A stretch of DNA of 64,000 nucleotides from Ginglymostoma cirratum (taxonomy: Eukaryota), in assembly GCA_024137785.1 (NCBI GenBank), contig JAHRHZ010000025.1, forward strand, positions 26,892,989-26,956,988. The letters run 5' to 3'. The notes under the pieces are model-generated. The model was not told the DNA's origin, made no database searches, and worked only from the letters and a program-made list of their open reading frames with translations. The position numbers and the translations under genes are program-made. This document shows, one piece after another, positions 1 through 14,149 of the stretch (positions within the stretch are counted from its first letter, which is position 1; each line of letters starts with the position of its first letter).

Positions 1-299
1 AAAATAAAACCTTTCCGGTTATTTAGGCATTTAAAATGTCACAAAGGAATAAAAAAGTTGTGGATTAAAAAATATTTCCTAAAACAACGTATACCTTTTA
101 AATTAGATATATCATTAAATATTTGAAATTAAAAATTTGCAATAGCTAGTTTTTCTGAAACTGTATGCTTCTTTAATTTTCAGCAAGTTGTTCATGATGG
201 CTTCGAAGGATTTCTTACTTGAAATCTCCTTCACATACTCATGCTGGATGGAATGTATAGGATGTAGAGTGGAGTTGGTTGCTTTTCCATGACCATCCG

Positions 300-1560
300 G
301 GACTACCCTTCAGAATAATTGATGGAGGATTAAACCAGCTGATGATGAAGAGAAAGGTTTCTCATTCCTGACCAACATGGTCAGCAGGTTAACTACATAG
401 ACGCCCTGCTTCACTAACTCTTTGAACTTTCAGAAGGACTTTGACAAGATAGTACCCAGGAGACATTTGAAGATTAAGGAGTATGGTATTAGTGGCAGGG
501 TAGAAAATTGGATTACAAATAGATTAGAAAGAAGGAAGTGAGAGAGTACAAATAAAGGGATGTTTTTGTGAGTGGCTGCTATTAACTTCAGAGTCGCACA
601 GGTTCTGTTCCACACTGCTTCACTGTGGGTAGCACTGATTTGGATATATGATCAGTGGGAGCAATGCCCAATTTTGCAGATGATGCTGAAATAGCGATTT
701 CTAATTCTAAGGATTAAAATAAGTTGCACAATGATATTTAAAAGGTTTCAGGATCAGCAAAAAGATGGCAGTTGAACTTCTGTCTCTAAATCTGAAGTAG
801 TACATTTTGGCAAATAAAGCCAAAATTAAACAATGTAGAAGGGTAGAGCGATTTGGAGATTCAAGTTTATGAGACACAAAAAGTAGCATTTCATGTGAAC
901 ACGTCTTGAAAATCCAAACAAATCCTAGATTTAAAACAAGAGGCAACATAAAAGTTAAGACAGTCAGAGAATCTATATAAAACCAAGTTAGATCCCAGCC
1001 TGAACATGTTTTGTCTGACTACATGTCTGTGAAACTTTTAAGAACTTTTTTTTGGCATATACATCATATTACAAGGCCGGTTGTTCCTGCTTTTATATAC
1101 AATTTTAGGCTCCATGCAATAGAAATGATGTTGACTCATTAGACTGGTATAATGCTTCTGTGGCACTTTTCCCAATCTTAGGATCTCCCAAAGTGTTGCC
1201 TAAATTGAAATACTTTCACATGTAGATACTGGTGTTAGAGATGCACTGCTGTTATGAAGAAATGCGAACTCAAAGAAAGACTTGAAGAATTTGGGCTGCC
1301 TTCATTCAAGTGGGAGATACTGGAGTTTGAATAGCGAAAGATTAAAAGTATGAATGAATGGTACAGGGCAGACAGGAACGAACTCTTTCTGACACTGGAA
1401 GGGCCCAGAAAAATGATCATAATTACAAACGTAAATGCAGGATATTTAAACCTGTAAACAGAAGAAACTTTTCCACAGATGGCCATGAGGCTGTGAAATA
1501 TATTTTAGAGTTTATAATTTAAATAGAGACAATGGACAAAATATTAGAAGGGTCTGAATG
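300..1560 (+). mobile_element. Highly degenerate CR1-type LINE, RT and 3' portion
   Basis: Broken CR1 ORF2 motifs: KIKEYGISGRVENWI (~470-515), FADD (tttgcagatgat ~673), and later CR1 C-terminal-like sequence. Many stops; boundaries approximate. Confidence 0.7.
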
Positions 1561-3469
1561 ATGAGAGCAATGTGAGAAATGTGGCAGAATTGGGCAAGAA
1601 TTCTGCCGTGGCTGATCTCAATATTGGGGGTAACTTGCTGCATCCTTTAACTCAGTTCTGGGTGTCAAAGCAAAGTTCTCCCTAGACAGAGGCGAGTTGC
1701 CAATTAAGAAAGATTATTGTTATTAACTGCAGGTTTCACCTCATTAATACACAGCATCTTATCCTACCACCTGTCACAAGCAAACTAGACACTGAGGATT
1801 CCTGCCATGGACATCAGAGCAGGTACTGGCTGCAAAGAGCATCCATGTTGCTCAGCATCAAGCACCAGCTCAGGGCGTGATCTGCAGACACCAACCACAT
1901 GCACCTCTTGTCCACTGACATTGGCATCCAAAAAGTCCCAACTCCTCAGAATCCCCAAGTTACTCCTCTGATCTACTTCAGGATGCTTAGGTGGTTGGGA
2001 CCCACATTTCAAGACAGACCAGCTATTAGCATTGAAAGGCTGCAGCATGATTACTTTGCACTCAGCTCATAGATTGGATTAGATGGCATCTCAGGGCTGC
2101 TTGCTAGCTGTCTTAGCACCCACATACTTAGTGTCTACCTATATGCTCAAAGCATCCCTCTTTGCCTCGCTATGCCTGTTAGTGTGCTCACACAAGCATG
2201 CAGCTTGCCTTGCTAGCATGCAGTCCTCAGTCAGGGGGCTGTGTACATCTAGCTGTGTGACAGTGTGCTACATCAGTCTCTCACATGCATCATGTGCAAG
2301 CAGCTTTCACAGCAAACACACTGAATACATAGCAAGCAAGCAGTCACATCTCAAAGTCTTAGGAGACCTGTCATGGAGGCACCTGTTAAACAGGGTGTCC
2401 CAGCACAGTAAGACAAGAGCAGCCTCTGATACGATTCCAGGGGTTTGGCAAAGGTCAGGTGTCTGGTCGTGGTGTTCTCCGTCTAGAGACCTGTGCCTCA
2501 GTTGTCCAGATATTGGACCACGGTCAGTTCTGTGGTTCCATAGCAGCTAGTCTAGGGGTGGAGCTAACACAGTCAGGGAGATGTACACTCACCAGTCAGG
2601 GGAAGAGCCATCAGGAAGGGAATCCAGGGGTCCGAGATCTCACCAACACATAAAAGTGGAGACTAGAAGCCAAAAGTGCACAATGGGAAGGAAAATGGCT
2701 GCAACCACACCCAGAGTATCTCGACATGTGAGGGAGGGAGCTGCAGGACACATCAATGGGAGCTCCTTTAGAGGGGAACAGCAGTACATACATACAAAGG
2801 ACACAGACGTGGGGGGGGGGTCCCTGATGATCCTAGTACATTAGATCCCTGTATACTGCACACCTCCCCGCCCCATGCATCTCTATTCACGTAAACATTC
2901 TGCGCCCAGAGAAAGTATGGGAATGTTTGACCACAAGGGTCAATGGTACCAGCAGAGCCCATTGCTCTACATATACCTTGTTCCTGTTGTTTCCACAGGC
3001 TGCAGCAGGCTCTCAACAAAGATACTGATCCTTGGTATATCCTGTTAAGGACATGAAGTTAGGCATCATACGGGCACAGTTACATTCGGGACAACCCAGA
3101 GACTCCAACAAACAGATGCATTGCAAAATCAATAATGTTCATGCAGTTGCGATACTTCATAGAGAGTGGTGTCACCCCTGCCAACAATGTGCCGCAAAAG
3201 GTTTACTTCTTTCTTTCTGCACATTACATCTCCATATTGTCCCAGATTCTGTAGCTGCCGTGGAAGGAAACTGCATACCTAGCCCATTGGCCCTGAAGCC
3301 TTGGTGGGGTGTTCCTGAAGGTGTTTGTGTCTGTGGAAGGCCCTGAAAAGCTCAGGGTCTTTTTGTCAGGAGCAAGTGGACTGTACTTAGATTCAAATTC
3401 AAAGATCAGACATGAGCAGGCACAGTGGAAATAGGAGGCCAGGTCATCTTTGGAATGTCCTGAGAGGAG

Positions 3470-3620
3470 ACATTTTTTTAAATTCACTCATGGGATGTGA
3501 GTACCGCTGACTTCTATAGTTGAATATTATTTGCCATTTGTCAGGTGAAACCTGGATATTGTCCAGGTCTTGCTACATTTGGATGTGGAGTGTTTCTGCA
3601 GGGTCTACGTGTGGCCTTCC
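3470..3620 (-). mobile_element. Fragment(s) of the LINE family seen at 14150-15660
   Basis: attcactcatgggatgtgagt is the reverse complement of the ...cacatcc(c/t)atgaat tail at ~15645-15658, followed by RT-like debris. Confidence 0.45.
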
Positions 3621-4444
3621 TTCAGCTGGGCACGTGTTAGAGTGCATGTCATGTTCTCTATTCCTTGTTGCCATGAGTTAGTTCTGAGGGTCAATGGCTG
3701 GAGTGATAGGGTATGGATCTAGCTCTCCATGGCAGCTGCCAGCCTGTTCATGGATGCAGACAGACGATCGATAGTTGAGGTAGCTGGGCATCAATGGCTG
3801 CAGCTTCTGGGCAGTGAGGGCCATTGTTTCCCACATCCCTGTCTGCTATTCCTGTTCCTCCCTGTGCATTTGCTTACAAATTCCCGGATTGCCGACACCA
3901 CAGGGCCCTCTCCTGCCTTGGCCTGAGCGGGTGCCTGGTCTCTGACAGACCCCTGAGTGCCAGCAGCCTGGAGCATTTCTCCCTCTGCCAGCTTTGGAGA
4001 TGTTGCAGAGAGATATGGAAGTGCAAAAGGCCACCTTGAGGATGTTTCCTCTGAGGCCTTAAAATTCTCTTCCTCAGAGGTTGCAGAGCTGCCTTCATGT
4101 GGAATAGCCCATTTTTCTGTTGAGACATAAATATCCTACTGGTACATAATAGGAGAACTACAGTGGAATGAAGAATGGTACTCTATCAGTCGGCTCTTTC
4201 TACCCTGTTGTGGGCTGTTTTCTCCTGGACTGAGAGAAAGGGAAGGAGGGATTGAATGCGATGAAAGCAGGTAGCACAGCTGTTAGTGTTGGGTCAGGGG
4301 GTTTGAAATGTGATGATATATCCCAAGCGAGTGAGTAGGCAACACAGAAATCATGCAGAGTTAGTGCTGTACGAGGTATGGGGGCAACAAGAGAGAATGA
4401 GGGAAGTTGTTGCACGCAGTACTGAGAGTGGTAGAGCATAACAT

Positions 4445-5850
4445 TGGATTTGATTTGATATGATTTGATTTGTTATTGTCACATGTTCTGAGATGCAGTA
4501 AAAAGTATTGGTTTGTATGCTAACCAGGCCATCATACCTTACATAAGTACATCAGGGCAACAAAACAGAATGCAGAGAAGGTGCAGAGAAAGATCAACGC
4601 TAATATATGAGAGGTCTGTTAATAAGTCTGATAATAGCGGGGAAGAAGCTGTTTTTGAAGTTGTTCATACATGTATTTAAACTTTTGTATCTTTTGCCCA
4701 ATGGAAGAGGGTGGAAGAGAATATAACTGGGTTGGCAGGGGTCTCTGATTATGTTGGTTGTTCTCCTAAGGTAGCTGGAGATATGCACAAAGTCAATGGA
4801 AAGAAGGCTGGTTTGCATAATGAACTGGGCTGCTTTCACAACTCTCTATAATTTCTTGCAGTCTTGGGCAGAGCAGTTGCCATACCAAGCCGTGATGCAT
4901 CCAGATAAGGTGCTTTCTGTGGTGCATCTATAATAACTGGTAAGAGTCATTGTGCACATGCTGAATCTCCTTAGCCATCTGAGGAAGTAGAAGTGGTGAT
5001 GTGCTTTCTTGACTGTAATGTCAATGTGGATGGACCAGGACAGATTGTTGGTGATATTTACTCCTGGGAACTTTAAGCACTCGACCATCTCCCCCTAAAC
5101 ACCATTGATACAGACAGGGGCATGTCCTCCACGCTGTTTCCTGAAGGCGCTGACCAGCTCTTTCATTTTGCTGACATTGAAGGAGAGATTATTGTCTTTA
5201 CAATATGCCACTAAGCTGTATATCTCTTTCGTGTAATCTGCCTCATCGCTGTTTGAGATCCAACCCACTATGGCGGGTCATCAGCAAAGTTGTAAATGGG
5301 GATAGAGCTGAATTTGGCCACACTGTTGTGACTGTATAAGGAGTATAGTAAGGGGCTGAGTATGCAGCCTCGTGAGTCACAAGGTTTGAGGATTATTGTG
5401 GAGGAGATGTTGTCGCCTATCCTTTTTGATTGGGTTCTGCAGGTCAGGAAGTCAAGGACCCAGTTGCAGAGGGGGTGCAGAGTCTTGGGTCTCAGAGTTT
5501 GGAGATGAGTTTGGTTGGAATTATGGTGTTGAAGGCAGAGCTAAAGTCAATAGCTGGGAGTCTCACGTCGATTTCGTTTTTATCCAGATGGTCCAGGAAT
5601 GAGCGTAAGGCTAGGGAAATGGCATCTGCCATATACCTGTTGTAACAATAGGCGAATTGTAGTGGATCAAGGCAATTTGAGAGGCTGGAGTTGGTGTGAG
5701 CCATTACTAACTTCTCATTGTACTTCATAATGATGGTTGTCAGAGCCACTGGGAGGTAGTCATGAAGGACCCATTGCCTGATTTTAGCTTGACACTGAGA
5801 TGATAGTGGTCTTCTTGAAGAAAGTAGAAACCTCACATCATAGTAAGGTG
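4445..5850 (-). mobile_element. 5'-truncated Rex1/Babar-type LINE (RT pseudogene)
   Basis: Minus-strand ORF fragments LDPLQFAY, DFSSAFNTIIP, ESTLSGCITAWYGNCSAQD and FKNSFFPAIIRLIN are typical Rex1/Babar RT motifs. A (TCAAA)n 3' tail lies at 4447-4472. Confidence 0.85.
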
Positions 5851-5919
5851 AAGTTTATAAGATTGGTGCCATAGCAGAAATAGTTTGATTGTGAAGTTGC
5901 AGAGAGAAGAATGTGGCTC

Positions 5920-6145
5920 ATACCCTGGCAGACCAGAACAGAACAGGTCATTTACCTTTTGATGCACTGCTTTCCATTCCTCCAGGAACTATGGAGATTG
6001 CATTGATCTGATGGCAACCTCATACCAGGCTACCAGAGACTGGTAGCATAGACTCTTCTGCCAGTTCTCTGGATAAAGGACGGCCCTTTTTTGCACTATC
6101 CTCTCCACCAGGACCTCCAGGTCCCTGTTGAAGAATCATGGTGCC
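5920..6145 (-). mobile_element. Myb/SANT-like (trihelix) DNA-binding domain remnant, probably from a PIF/Harbinger DNA transposon
   Basis: Minus strand reads AP*FFNRDLEVLVERIVQKRAVLY...AWYEVA..INAIS..RNGKQC.KKVNDLF with frameshifts, matching the Harbinger ORF2/NAIF1-like pattern, and ends at gccagg|gtatga (donor-like). The element may extend over ~1590-6430. Confidence 0.6.
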
Positions 6146-7199
6146 ATTAGCCCTTCTCCAACATCTTCAGAATGACATCACTGAGAAGGACAGTTTCAGA
6201 ATGCCACTGCTCCTTTTAAAGATGACACAAGGACTGGTTTTTCACTGGGTATCTAATGCATGACAAGATGTTCTCGTAATGGTGAGCAGTAAGATGTGGC
6301 AGAATCAAGTGAGAGGTTAATGACATGAGTTTTATAAGATATGTCATAGATCTCACTAGACTTCATGGTGACACTCCCTCCGTGAAACTCAGCCCTGGTG
6401 ATACCTAGCCAAAAAGCATAAGTTTCAATCCCATGATTTATTTTAATTTAGGCTGAATAGATGATTGAAGAAAAAGATGTCAAAGGACAAGAATCAAGAC
6501 GGTCATATGGGATCAGGACTATTGTTCATGTAGAGGAGAAACAGCAACAAGGAATGATTGTGGCAAACAGGTTGTTGCTGCGTCCACTTACAATACTTTA
6601 GCATCAATTTGATCCACTTTCACAACAGACTGAAGGTTTATCCGTGGTAAATGCATCCCTTTTGCATTCTGTAATCAAATCCAAATTGCTCAGCAGCCAT
6701 TTTATCTGGTACATTATTAAGACCATTATACAAGACCACCAGCCTATAGACCACTGTTCAAACTGGAGTCCCTTGAAACAGATTATTCAGAGATAACAAA
6801 TTTCCTGGTGCTCAACAATACACCATTTGAGTTGAATGCTGTATCCATTGCTTTCTCTGTTCACGAGTCCATAACATTCTGTGTTTTATTTTAATACATA
6901 AAAGTATTTGAATAAGGCAAAATTCTTATTAAAGAAATGAACTCAAATACAAAGCCATAACCTTTAACTCAATTAGTTGTCATATCACTAAAGACAATGC
7001 TCTGTCATCAGTGGCATCCAGAGGCATGAGGAGAAACAGAAAATCCTGGCCATTTTCTCTAGAGCCAGTGTTAATTTCTTCCATCAAAGCACTTTTTCTT
7101 GGTACTTTTTTTTTGCGTTGCCTTCTTTGAGTTGGTTGATGTGGCACATCAGACAATAGCGTGGATTTATAAGGATGAGAATTATGCGCAGAGGTACAA

Positions 7200-7500
7200 A
7201 AGAATTTGGGATGAAAGAGGAGTGGACTTAAATTGACGAAGAAAAGCTGTTTCCATTAGTTGATGGAACAGGAACAAGGAGATGCTGATTCAAAATGTTT
7301 GGCAAGAGATTCAGGGAGATGTAAGGAAAGTCCCTTTGACACAGCACTGGTGATGACCTGGAACCGTCTGTCTATGAGGTGGTAAAAGCAGGAATGTTTA
7401 ATTGTTTCAGAAGGAAATCGAATGGGTATATGAGGGAAATAAACTTGCACGGCTCCAAAGAAAGTGCAGGTGAAGGGACTGCCTGCGTTGTTATACATAA
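7200..7500 (+). mobile_element. CR1 LINE 3' fragment
   Basis: KLFPLV-GTGTR..FK..GKRF.GDVRK..F..R.V..WN.L-like C-terminus, as in the better-preserved CR1 at 23700-23900. Confidence 0.65.
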
Positions 7501-8455
7501 AGTTAGCAATGACTCAATGAATGAATTGATCTGCATTGTTTTAGAATTACTTTATAACTCTACCATAGAAGATAATACTATAATTGCTAATAAGCTGCTG
7601 AAGGAACCCTGAGTTTTTTTGATGAGGGAAGAGGTCAACTACTAACGTGCCATAATGACCTTAAAGACTATTGAGCAAAATACTCGTAACAAAGAAGCAC
7701 TTCCCAAATATTTGTGACAACTATACTGACAGTGGTTTTAATCATGAAAAAAGGGTGGGTTTATGAAGAGCGGGAGGCCATATTCTTTGAATTCTCAAAC
7801 CTGATCTTAGATTGTTTCCAATTCACCTTCCTCTGGTTTCCACAGTGATGAGACAAGTGAGCCGGAAAGCAATCTACTTCCAAAAGGTAGCTGATCATTT
7901 CGACATTATCAAGAGCCTTTGGGCTTCATTTTGAAGACCTCTGCCAGATTTAATCAAAGCTTCATGGTTTCCTGGGCCTTGAGAATTCCAACAAATAAAA
8001 CAAGCCAAGGACAGCTACGAGGAAAAGCCAACTACCTTTCCAGAAATGCCAGGAGCAACAAGAATACTTCATCATAGCAGTTGCCAAGATTTACTTTCTC
8101 TCTGCCTGGCAACAAATGTATCTTTGCTCACTATCCGAAGGTGCTTATCCCCACCACGATCAGACACTTCCTTTTCACTTAGATTTAGCAGTGCCCTTGA
8201 GAGCAGTTACAGCTAGCAATCAGACTAACAGCTTGCTCCTGCTAGGGGACATCTCCCAGCTAGGGATTGATGACTGCCAACAATCCCATCCACACGATTC
8301 TTCTAACCCAGTGCAATCTCCCTACCTGCTGCAGGTTTACAGCCCAATCCAGAGTTTTCCACACACAACAGATTCCTAAGCAATCTACAATGCCTCTGGG
8401 TGAGGAATTAACTTAAAATTACAGATGCACAATTTGGATCTTCTTGTTTCCAGGC

Positions 8456-9325
8456 TGTCATGATCTTAGTGCAAATAACATATAGAAATATTAAAGCTTT
8501 AAGTGAGATTTGTTTTAATGTAAGTAACATAAAGGACTTAAAAACCAAAGATATCCGATGATGTGTATTTTGAAAATGTAACTCTGTGACTGGAAAATGT
8601 CAGCGTGGGTTCTACTTAATCCCATTAGAATGCATGGAATGTTGCATATTGAGGGTGGGAAGGGACCTCAGATGGAGACACTTCAAAGGGAGAGATGCAA
8701 TATAAAAATAGAGATGTAATCTATTGTGGTTGAAAAGTTAATGGAGCCTGATTATCATCTCAACAGAAACCATCATCCTTGAATATATCATAGACTGTCA
8801 ACATGTTCTGGGAGAAAGACATATTTATGTTTCCCCTTCTAAGAATATATAAGAGAAGAGGTTAAAATAATAACTACAACCTGGGTCTGTGTGCCTGGTG
8901 TTCTATTCTGCTGGGCTGGTATGTGCTGGGAAGTTCACAGCAGACACCAGGCTCCCTTGTGCTTGCAGGTAAAATGAAAGCCTCTCTCTTTCGCTGGTTT
9001 CTGGAAACAAGCCACAAGTCAACAAAACCTACATTGAAAAGGAAGCAGGACAACTCCCTTCAGCTAATTTTGCAGGAGCAAGAGTCTCTGAACCAACTGC
9101 TTAACTGCCAAGGACTGGACTGCCAATTTAATGTTTCACCTTCTACTCCTCATAGAAAAGGCAAAGACTGATTTATATATCTTTTTCCTAACTGTCATGG
9201 GTTTTCTCACTTCTCATTTCTGATCTGTGAATGTGTGTTACATTTTATTGTTTTTCCTCACATTTTAGAACCTAATAAGTTCATTCATTCCTTAACCTAA
9301 GAAAGATTGTTAAGGTTGTCATAAC
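8456..9325. mobile_element. Possible solo LTR
   Basis: Begins TGTCATGA and ends near ...GTCATAAC, with an internal TATA-like tatataa (~8846). No TSD found. Confidence 0.25.
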
Positions 9326-9509
9326 GTGACCAAAATCTCTTCCGCATCCACTGTCTTCTCACAAAGCCTGTCTCAGACCAAATCAGCCCTATATAAAATA
9401 AGTCTGTCACTTTTATTCCTGAAAAGTGCCTTATTAACTTCACATTACCCTCGAAAAATTTGAGCAACATCTGTTTTATGATGTTACTATGCAATAGCAA
9501 CAGAAGTGT

Positions 9510-10310
9510 GTTCACACTAACAGGACGCTGCCATCAGGCCAAATGACATCCTACCCATCAGACTAACAAGGAATGTGAAATATGAAGTCAGTGCCAATAT
9601 AGTGCTCAGTATGTAGGCTCTTTGCAGGCCGTACTAAACGGCAAATCTTCACAACAAATAAGGTATTGATCATATTGCACTTGCAAAACATACAACAGTG
9701 TCCAACATCAGATATGATTCTGAAATTGGACAAAATTTACTCAATAATCCTGATGGAATGAACAGTTATGCAGACAATCAAATGAAGATTGTCAGTTGGG
9801 CTTGCCAAACGGCGTACTCACATGTATTGCAAATAGGTTCCATTCTTGAGACTGTTTGCAAGTCGACTTGTACACAAGTTGGAACCCAACGCAGAGCAAT
9901 AGAAAATAGCCATTTGTAAGTACAAGAAATATTCATGTGGCAGATCTTTAAAGTTACACCCCAGTATAGGATCACAGTAGTAAATATGAGTATTCATAAG
10001 TCAGAAATTCATAAACTGGGGTCTCCCAAAATATTAATATATATGGAACTGTTCTTTCCTTACAGAGAGAACATGTACACACACTATGGCTGTTTCAACT
10101 CATTTCTCAGGGTAATGTGTTTTCCAATCAGAATCAACCTGCCTTGCTTAAAATTTAAACAAACTTTGCAGTCAACTGACAGTCATCATTAACACGTGCA
10201 TTCTTCATGGCAATGTCTCTACCGAACAGCGTACACTTTTCAACCAATCAGCACTCTCCTCTCAAGCAGTATACGTATTGTTTTCTCTATATTTTGGTAT
10301 TTCTTGCAAT
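9510..10310 (+). mobile_element. Penelope-like element remnant (GIY-YIG C-terminus plus 3' non-coding part)
   Basis: ORF 9698-9919 (SNIRYDSEIGQNLLNNPD...NQMKIVS) resembles the PLE S.IGQHL..NP...F.I motif; an upstream VKYE....YVG remnant lies at ~9575-9620. Confidence 0.6.
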
Positions 10311-10927
10311 TGGTATCAATGATTAATGGATGGATCACATTGACAAAATGTGACTTTTTCAGCAATATAGAAGAATTCATCAAATTGCTGTATGAGATTC
10401 CTTCAAATTTATCAACTTTACAAAGGCTGGTTACCAAAATCTGAAGCATCAAAAAGTACCATGAAGCATCCATGGACAGAAGTGTCATAAATTCTCGTAA
10501 TTTTAGTTTCTACCCGTGTCAGTACTTTTTGTTCATCAATGATTCATTTCTATTAAATGCTATTTTAAACTCAGCAACACGTTTTGAATCATTGATAAGT
10601 TTGCTGCAGCCCTTTGCATCACATTAGCTGGAGAAATATTCATTAATATTTACAATATGTTGTCCCCAAAACATGGCCCGATCTGTACTGTAGTTTTATA
10701 AGACATTTCACTACCATTTAATAGATGTCCCTAATGTCTAATAATTGACAAATCAGTAGCCCTGTAGCCAAGGATAGCCTTTGAGCACTGGGAATTGTTA
10801 GCCCATCAAACTGAATTTTATTTGTGATTATATTTCTTCATTGTTGTTTTATCCTGTTAAATTGTATGCATCTGGAGATTTAGAGAGTGCCTTTTTCAGC
10901 AGTATTGTCTCAATGATGACCTCAAAT

Positions 10928-11060
10928 GAAAGCAAAATACTGCGGATGCTGGAAATCTGAAATAATGTAGGAGAACGCTACAGAAACTCATCAGGTTTAA
11001 CAGCATCTGTGAAGAGCAATAAAGTTAACATTTTGAATCTGATATGCCTCTTCCTCAGAA
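10928..11060 (-). mobile_element. Short Penelope-type terminal repeat (family B), degenerate hammerhead core
   Basis: aaaatactgcggatgctggaaatctgaaat...cagcatctgtg...ttcctcagaa, the same family as 29003, 35211, 62471 and 62945. Confidence 0.7.
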
Positions 11061-12699
11061 ATCCTCAGTCAGAACAGAGCTATTAAGATCAGCAACCTAA
11101 GATATATGTGAATTAGATACACACCTATGTAGTTCATAAAGACAAAAGCTTTGCCACTGCTTTCATGATTCATGGTCATTTGTAAAAGACAGAAACTAGT
11201 TTCTACTTGTCAGTAAAGGAACTGAGGATTTCCCTTCAGCTGTTTAACTTGTTATTGGTAGAAATTTAGCAAGTATTAGATATTCAATAAGTCAACAGGT
11301 TGATGATACTGAGTGTACGTTTTGCACAAATTACTGTTTATGCCAGAAAATTCTCCTGTAGCCTTTTGCATATTGTGTTGTGTTAATGAGCCTACCACAA
11401 ATGAAATGAGCTATTGAATATCACCTTATCTTATGCTGGCAGGACCATTCCATCTGGTAGTTTATAGGACTGCATTATTCTGATAGCTTGCTTTAACCAA
11501 GCTCTTACCAGGGCAAGCACACTGGCCTGAGGTGGTCATACTCATGGCAGTTAATGCATAGGGCAGAAGGATCATTCATTTAACATTGTGATACCCAGTG
11601 GCTCTAGGGCAATCTGCCAGTTCCAGCAGTTTATTTTTGAACCAGTATAGCACTGCATCAAAGTCAGCATATCTATCTGAGTTGGTGCAATGATATGAAC
11701 CTTCATTTCCATATTGATTTCATGCCAACATCAGTGTCGATTTTCTGTCAAAATCTTTTTTTAACAAAGGCATTAAAAAATGTGAAAATGTGTGCTTCAT
11801 CCAATTGAATTGCTACCGTCCTTTTTATAGTGCTTTAATTATTAGCAATAAAAATAATCTCTCGATGCGAGGGGCTATTTCTTATTTGAGAAATTACATC
11901 TTAATCAGTTATGGGTGGTAAGCATCACTTCTTTAACCAAGGAGGGTTTGCATAGCCCAAACATTTTCAAATCATGAGGTGATAGGCAATATGGGATGTG
12001 GAAGGTGGAACAATCCGTTAGGATGAATAGAGATTGAAAGTAATGCATGGGAAATGAAGCCGCACCCTAGAGATTCACAATTCAGTGACTCCTTTGAGGC
12101 AAAGTTGTCCTTTGCGTTATGCAAGGTCTGCTTTGAGGCAGGGATTATAAAAACAGTTAACTGTTTTCTCTCCCTCAAGGTGGTAGGAAGTAACTTTAAC
12201 TGAATAGAAAGGAACTCAAGGCAAGGCCTCCTGCATGATGGACCCAGTACTGACACACGTATCTGTAATCTTGTAGGCATTGTGTTGTCTGTCAACTAAA
12301 TTATTTGTCCCTGTGTCATTGTTGCCAAAGCCAGGCAATGGCATTGAGAATTGAGAGAAGAGTTACAATGAATACATAAAATTTATCTTAATGTATTCTA
12401 CAAATTAACCTACATAGATAGAAGTTGATTGAGATAAAGTAAGGTGCAAAATAGGAACAGGAGAATGCACTGGAGATACATAGGAAGTGACAGTGCAAAT
12501 TAAAGGGCTTACAATCAAGTAAACTGTTAAAATACAAAATTTTCAGTCTTGGAATTTGAAGCCTGAAGCTGCAGTTTTTGAAAACGCAAAGCCCTCATCA
12601 CTCATCAATCAAAAGTGAAGGATGCAGAAGAAATACTTCAGAAAGATTGAATTAGTGTTCCACCACAGAATTACTGTGCATTTTCCTGAGTAAAGCCTG

Positions 12700-13880
12700 C
12701 CGAGAAGTATTTCACGATTTTATTAGCATATTTTATTTTGCATTAATCTGTTTTCAAAAGACTAGGGATCATCATTGGGAATCATATATCAGCACGGAGC
12801 AATGGATGGTGAACAGAGGAAATATAGAATAGGAATAAAGAAGTCATTTTGAGGATGGAGGAAGATGGTGGGATGCCTCAAGGATTGACACTTGGGCTCA
12901 GTTACTTATCAATTACCTAAAGAAAGGGACCAATTACAGTACATCCATATTTGCTAATGATAGGAAGCTAGAATGAAAGGTAAGCTGTGAGACAAAGGCA
13001 AATGTGTTGCAAAGCGAGATAGACCGGTTAATTGTTTGGGCAAGAATTTGTTAGGTTGAGTGGAATTGTGCAAGCATGAAATGATCCATTTTGCACGGAA
13101 GGATCAAAAAGCAGAATAATTTTAAAAATTGGCAAATGCTTGTGTTCAAAAGGATTTAAATTAACATACAGCTACAGCAAGCTAAAGGTTAGCCATTTTT
13201 GCAAGACGATGTCAGTATAAGAGTAAAACATCTTGCTACAGTTATACAAAGGTAGAACATAGAACAGTACAGCATTGTACAGGCCCTTCGGCCCACAATG
13301 TTGTGCTGACCTATTATCCTACTCTAAGATCAAACTACAAAAAGATCAACTTATTGGAGTGCTGAATACTGTTTTGCTCTGTTATCTGAGGAAGGCCACA
13401 CTGGTCTTGAAATAGTGAAGTAATTGTTCATTAATTGGTTATTGGGTTGAAAGGGTTTTCAAATGAGAAAAGATTGAGTCAAGTGAATTCATTTTCTTTG
13501 GATTAGGGGTGATCTTACTGAAACTTCTTAGGAGGTGTAACATAAATGGTCAGAGATTGTTTCTCTAGTTAGAGATTCTAGAACTAGGGTGCACAATTTC
13601 AGACTGAGGGGTCAGCCATTTAGGATTGAAATGAGGAGGCATTTCTTCAATCAGAGTGTTGTATGCCTTTGGAATTCTTGACTGCAGCTTGCTGTGGATG
13701 GTCAGCAGATGAGTACCTTGGAGTTAGAAACTGATCGATTTTTGAGCGCAAGGACAATCAACACATACAGCAAAATGCAAAAAGTAGAACTGGAGCTGAA
13801 TTTAGCCAAAGTCTTACTGAGTGATGGAATTGGCTTAATGATCTAAATGGCTTAAACTTCCTTCTGCTCCTTATGTTCTT
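12700..13880 (+). mobile_element. Degenerate CR1 LINE 3' portion
   Basis: FAND (FADD) at ~12950, C-terminal RTR.HNFR...F.Q.VV..WN motif, and a CR1-type tail ...cttctgctccttatgttctt at ~13860. Confidence 0.7.
13253..13340 (-). mobile_element. CR1-type 3' tail inserted in the older CR1
   Basis: tagaacatagaacagtacagca...caggcccttcggcccacaa...cctattatcctactctaagatc, near-identical to 27753-27855. Confidence 0.75.
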
Positions 13881-14149
13881 AACGTTTAGTTATAACAAAA
13901 TGCATTTTATTTTTCTGACTACTCACATATTCTTTATTTATAAGGGCTATTCTTTTAAAATGTAACTCTTTCATTGAGTGTATTTTTACAATGGGATTTA
14001 ATTCCTGCCAAATGAATGGCAGGGTTTCTACTAGGCTTGCAGATTCCTGTCTTTATCTTTATCTTTTTAATTAATTGCTATGGAAGAAACCAAGTTTCAA
14101 AACCTGGACCTGCTTCTCAAATGCAATTTCTAACTATTATAAACCTATA

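Noticed and set aside
1785-4439. Cluster of 60-155 aa ORFs as a possible host gene
   Set aside because: No coherent domain or exon structure; more likely decayed transposon interior.
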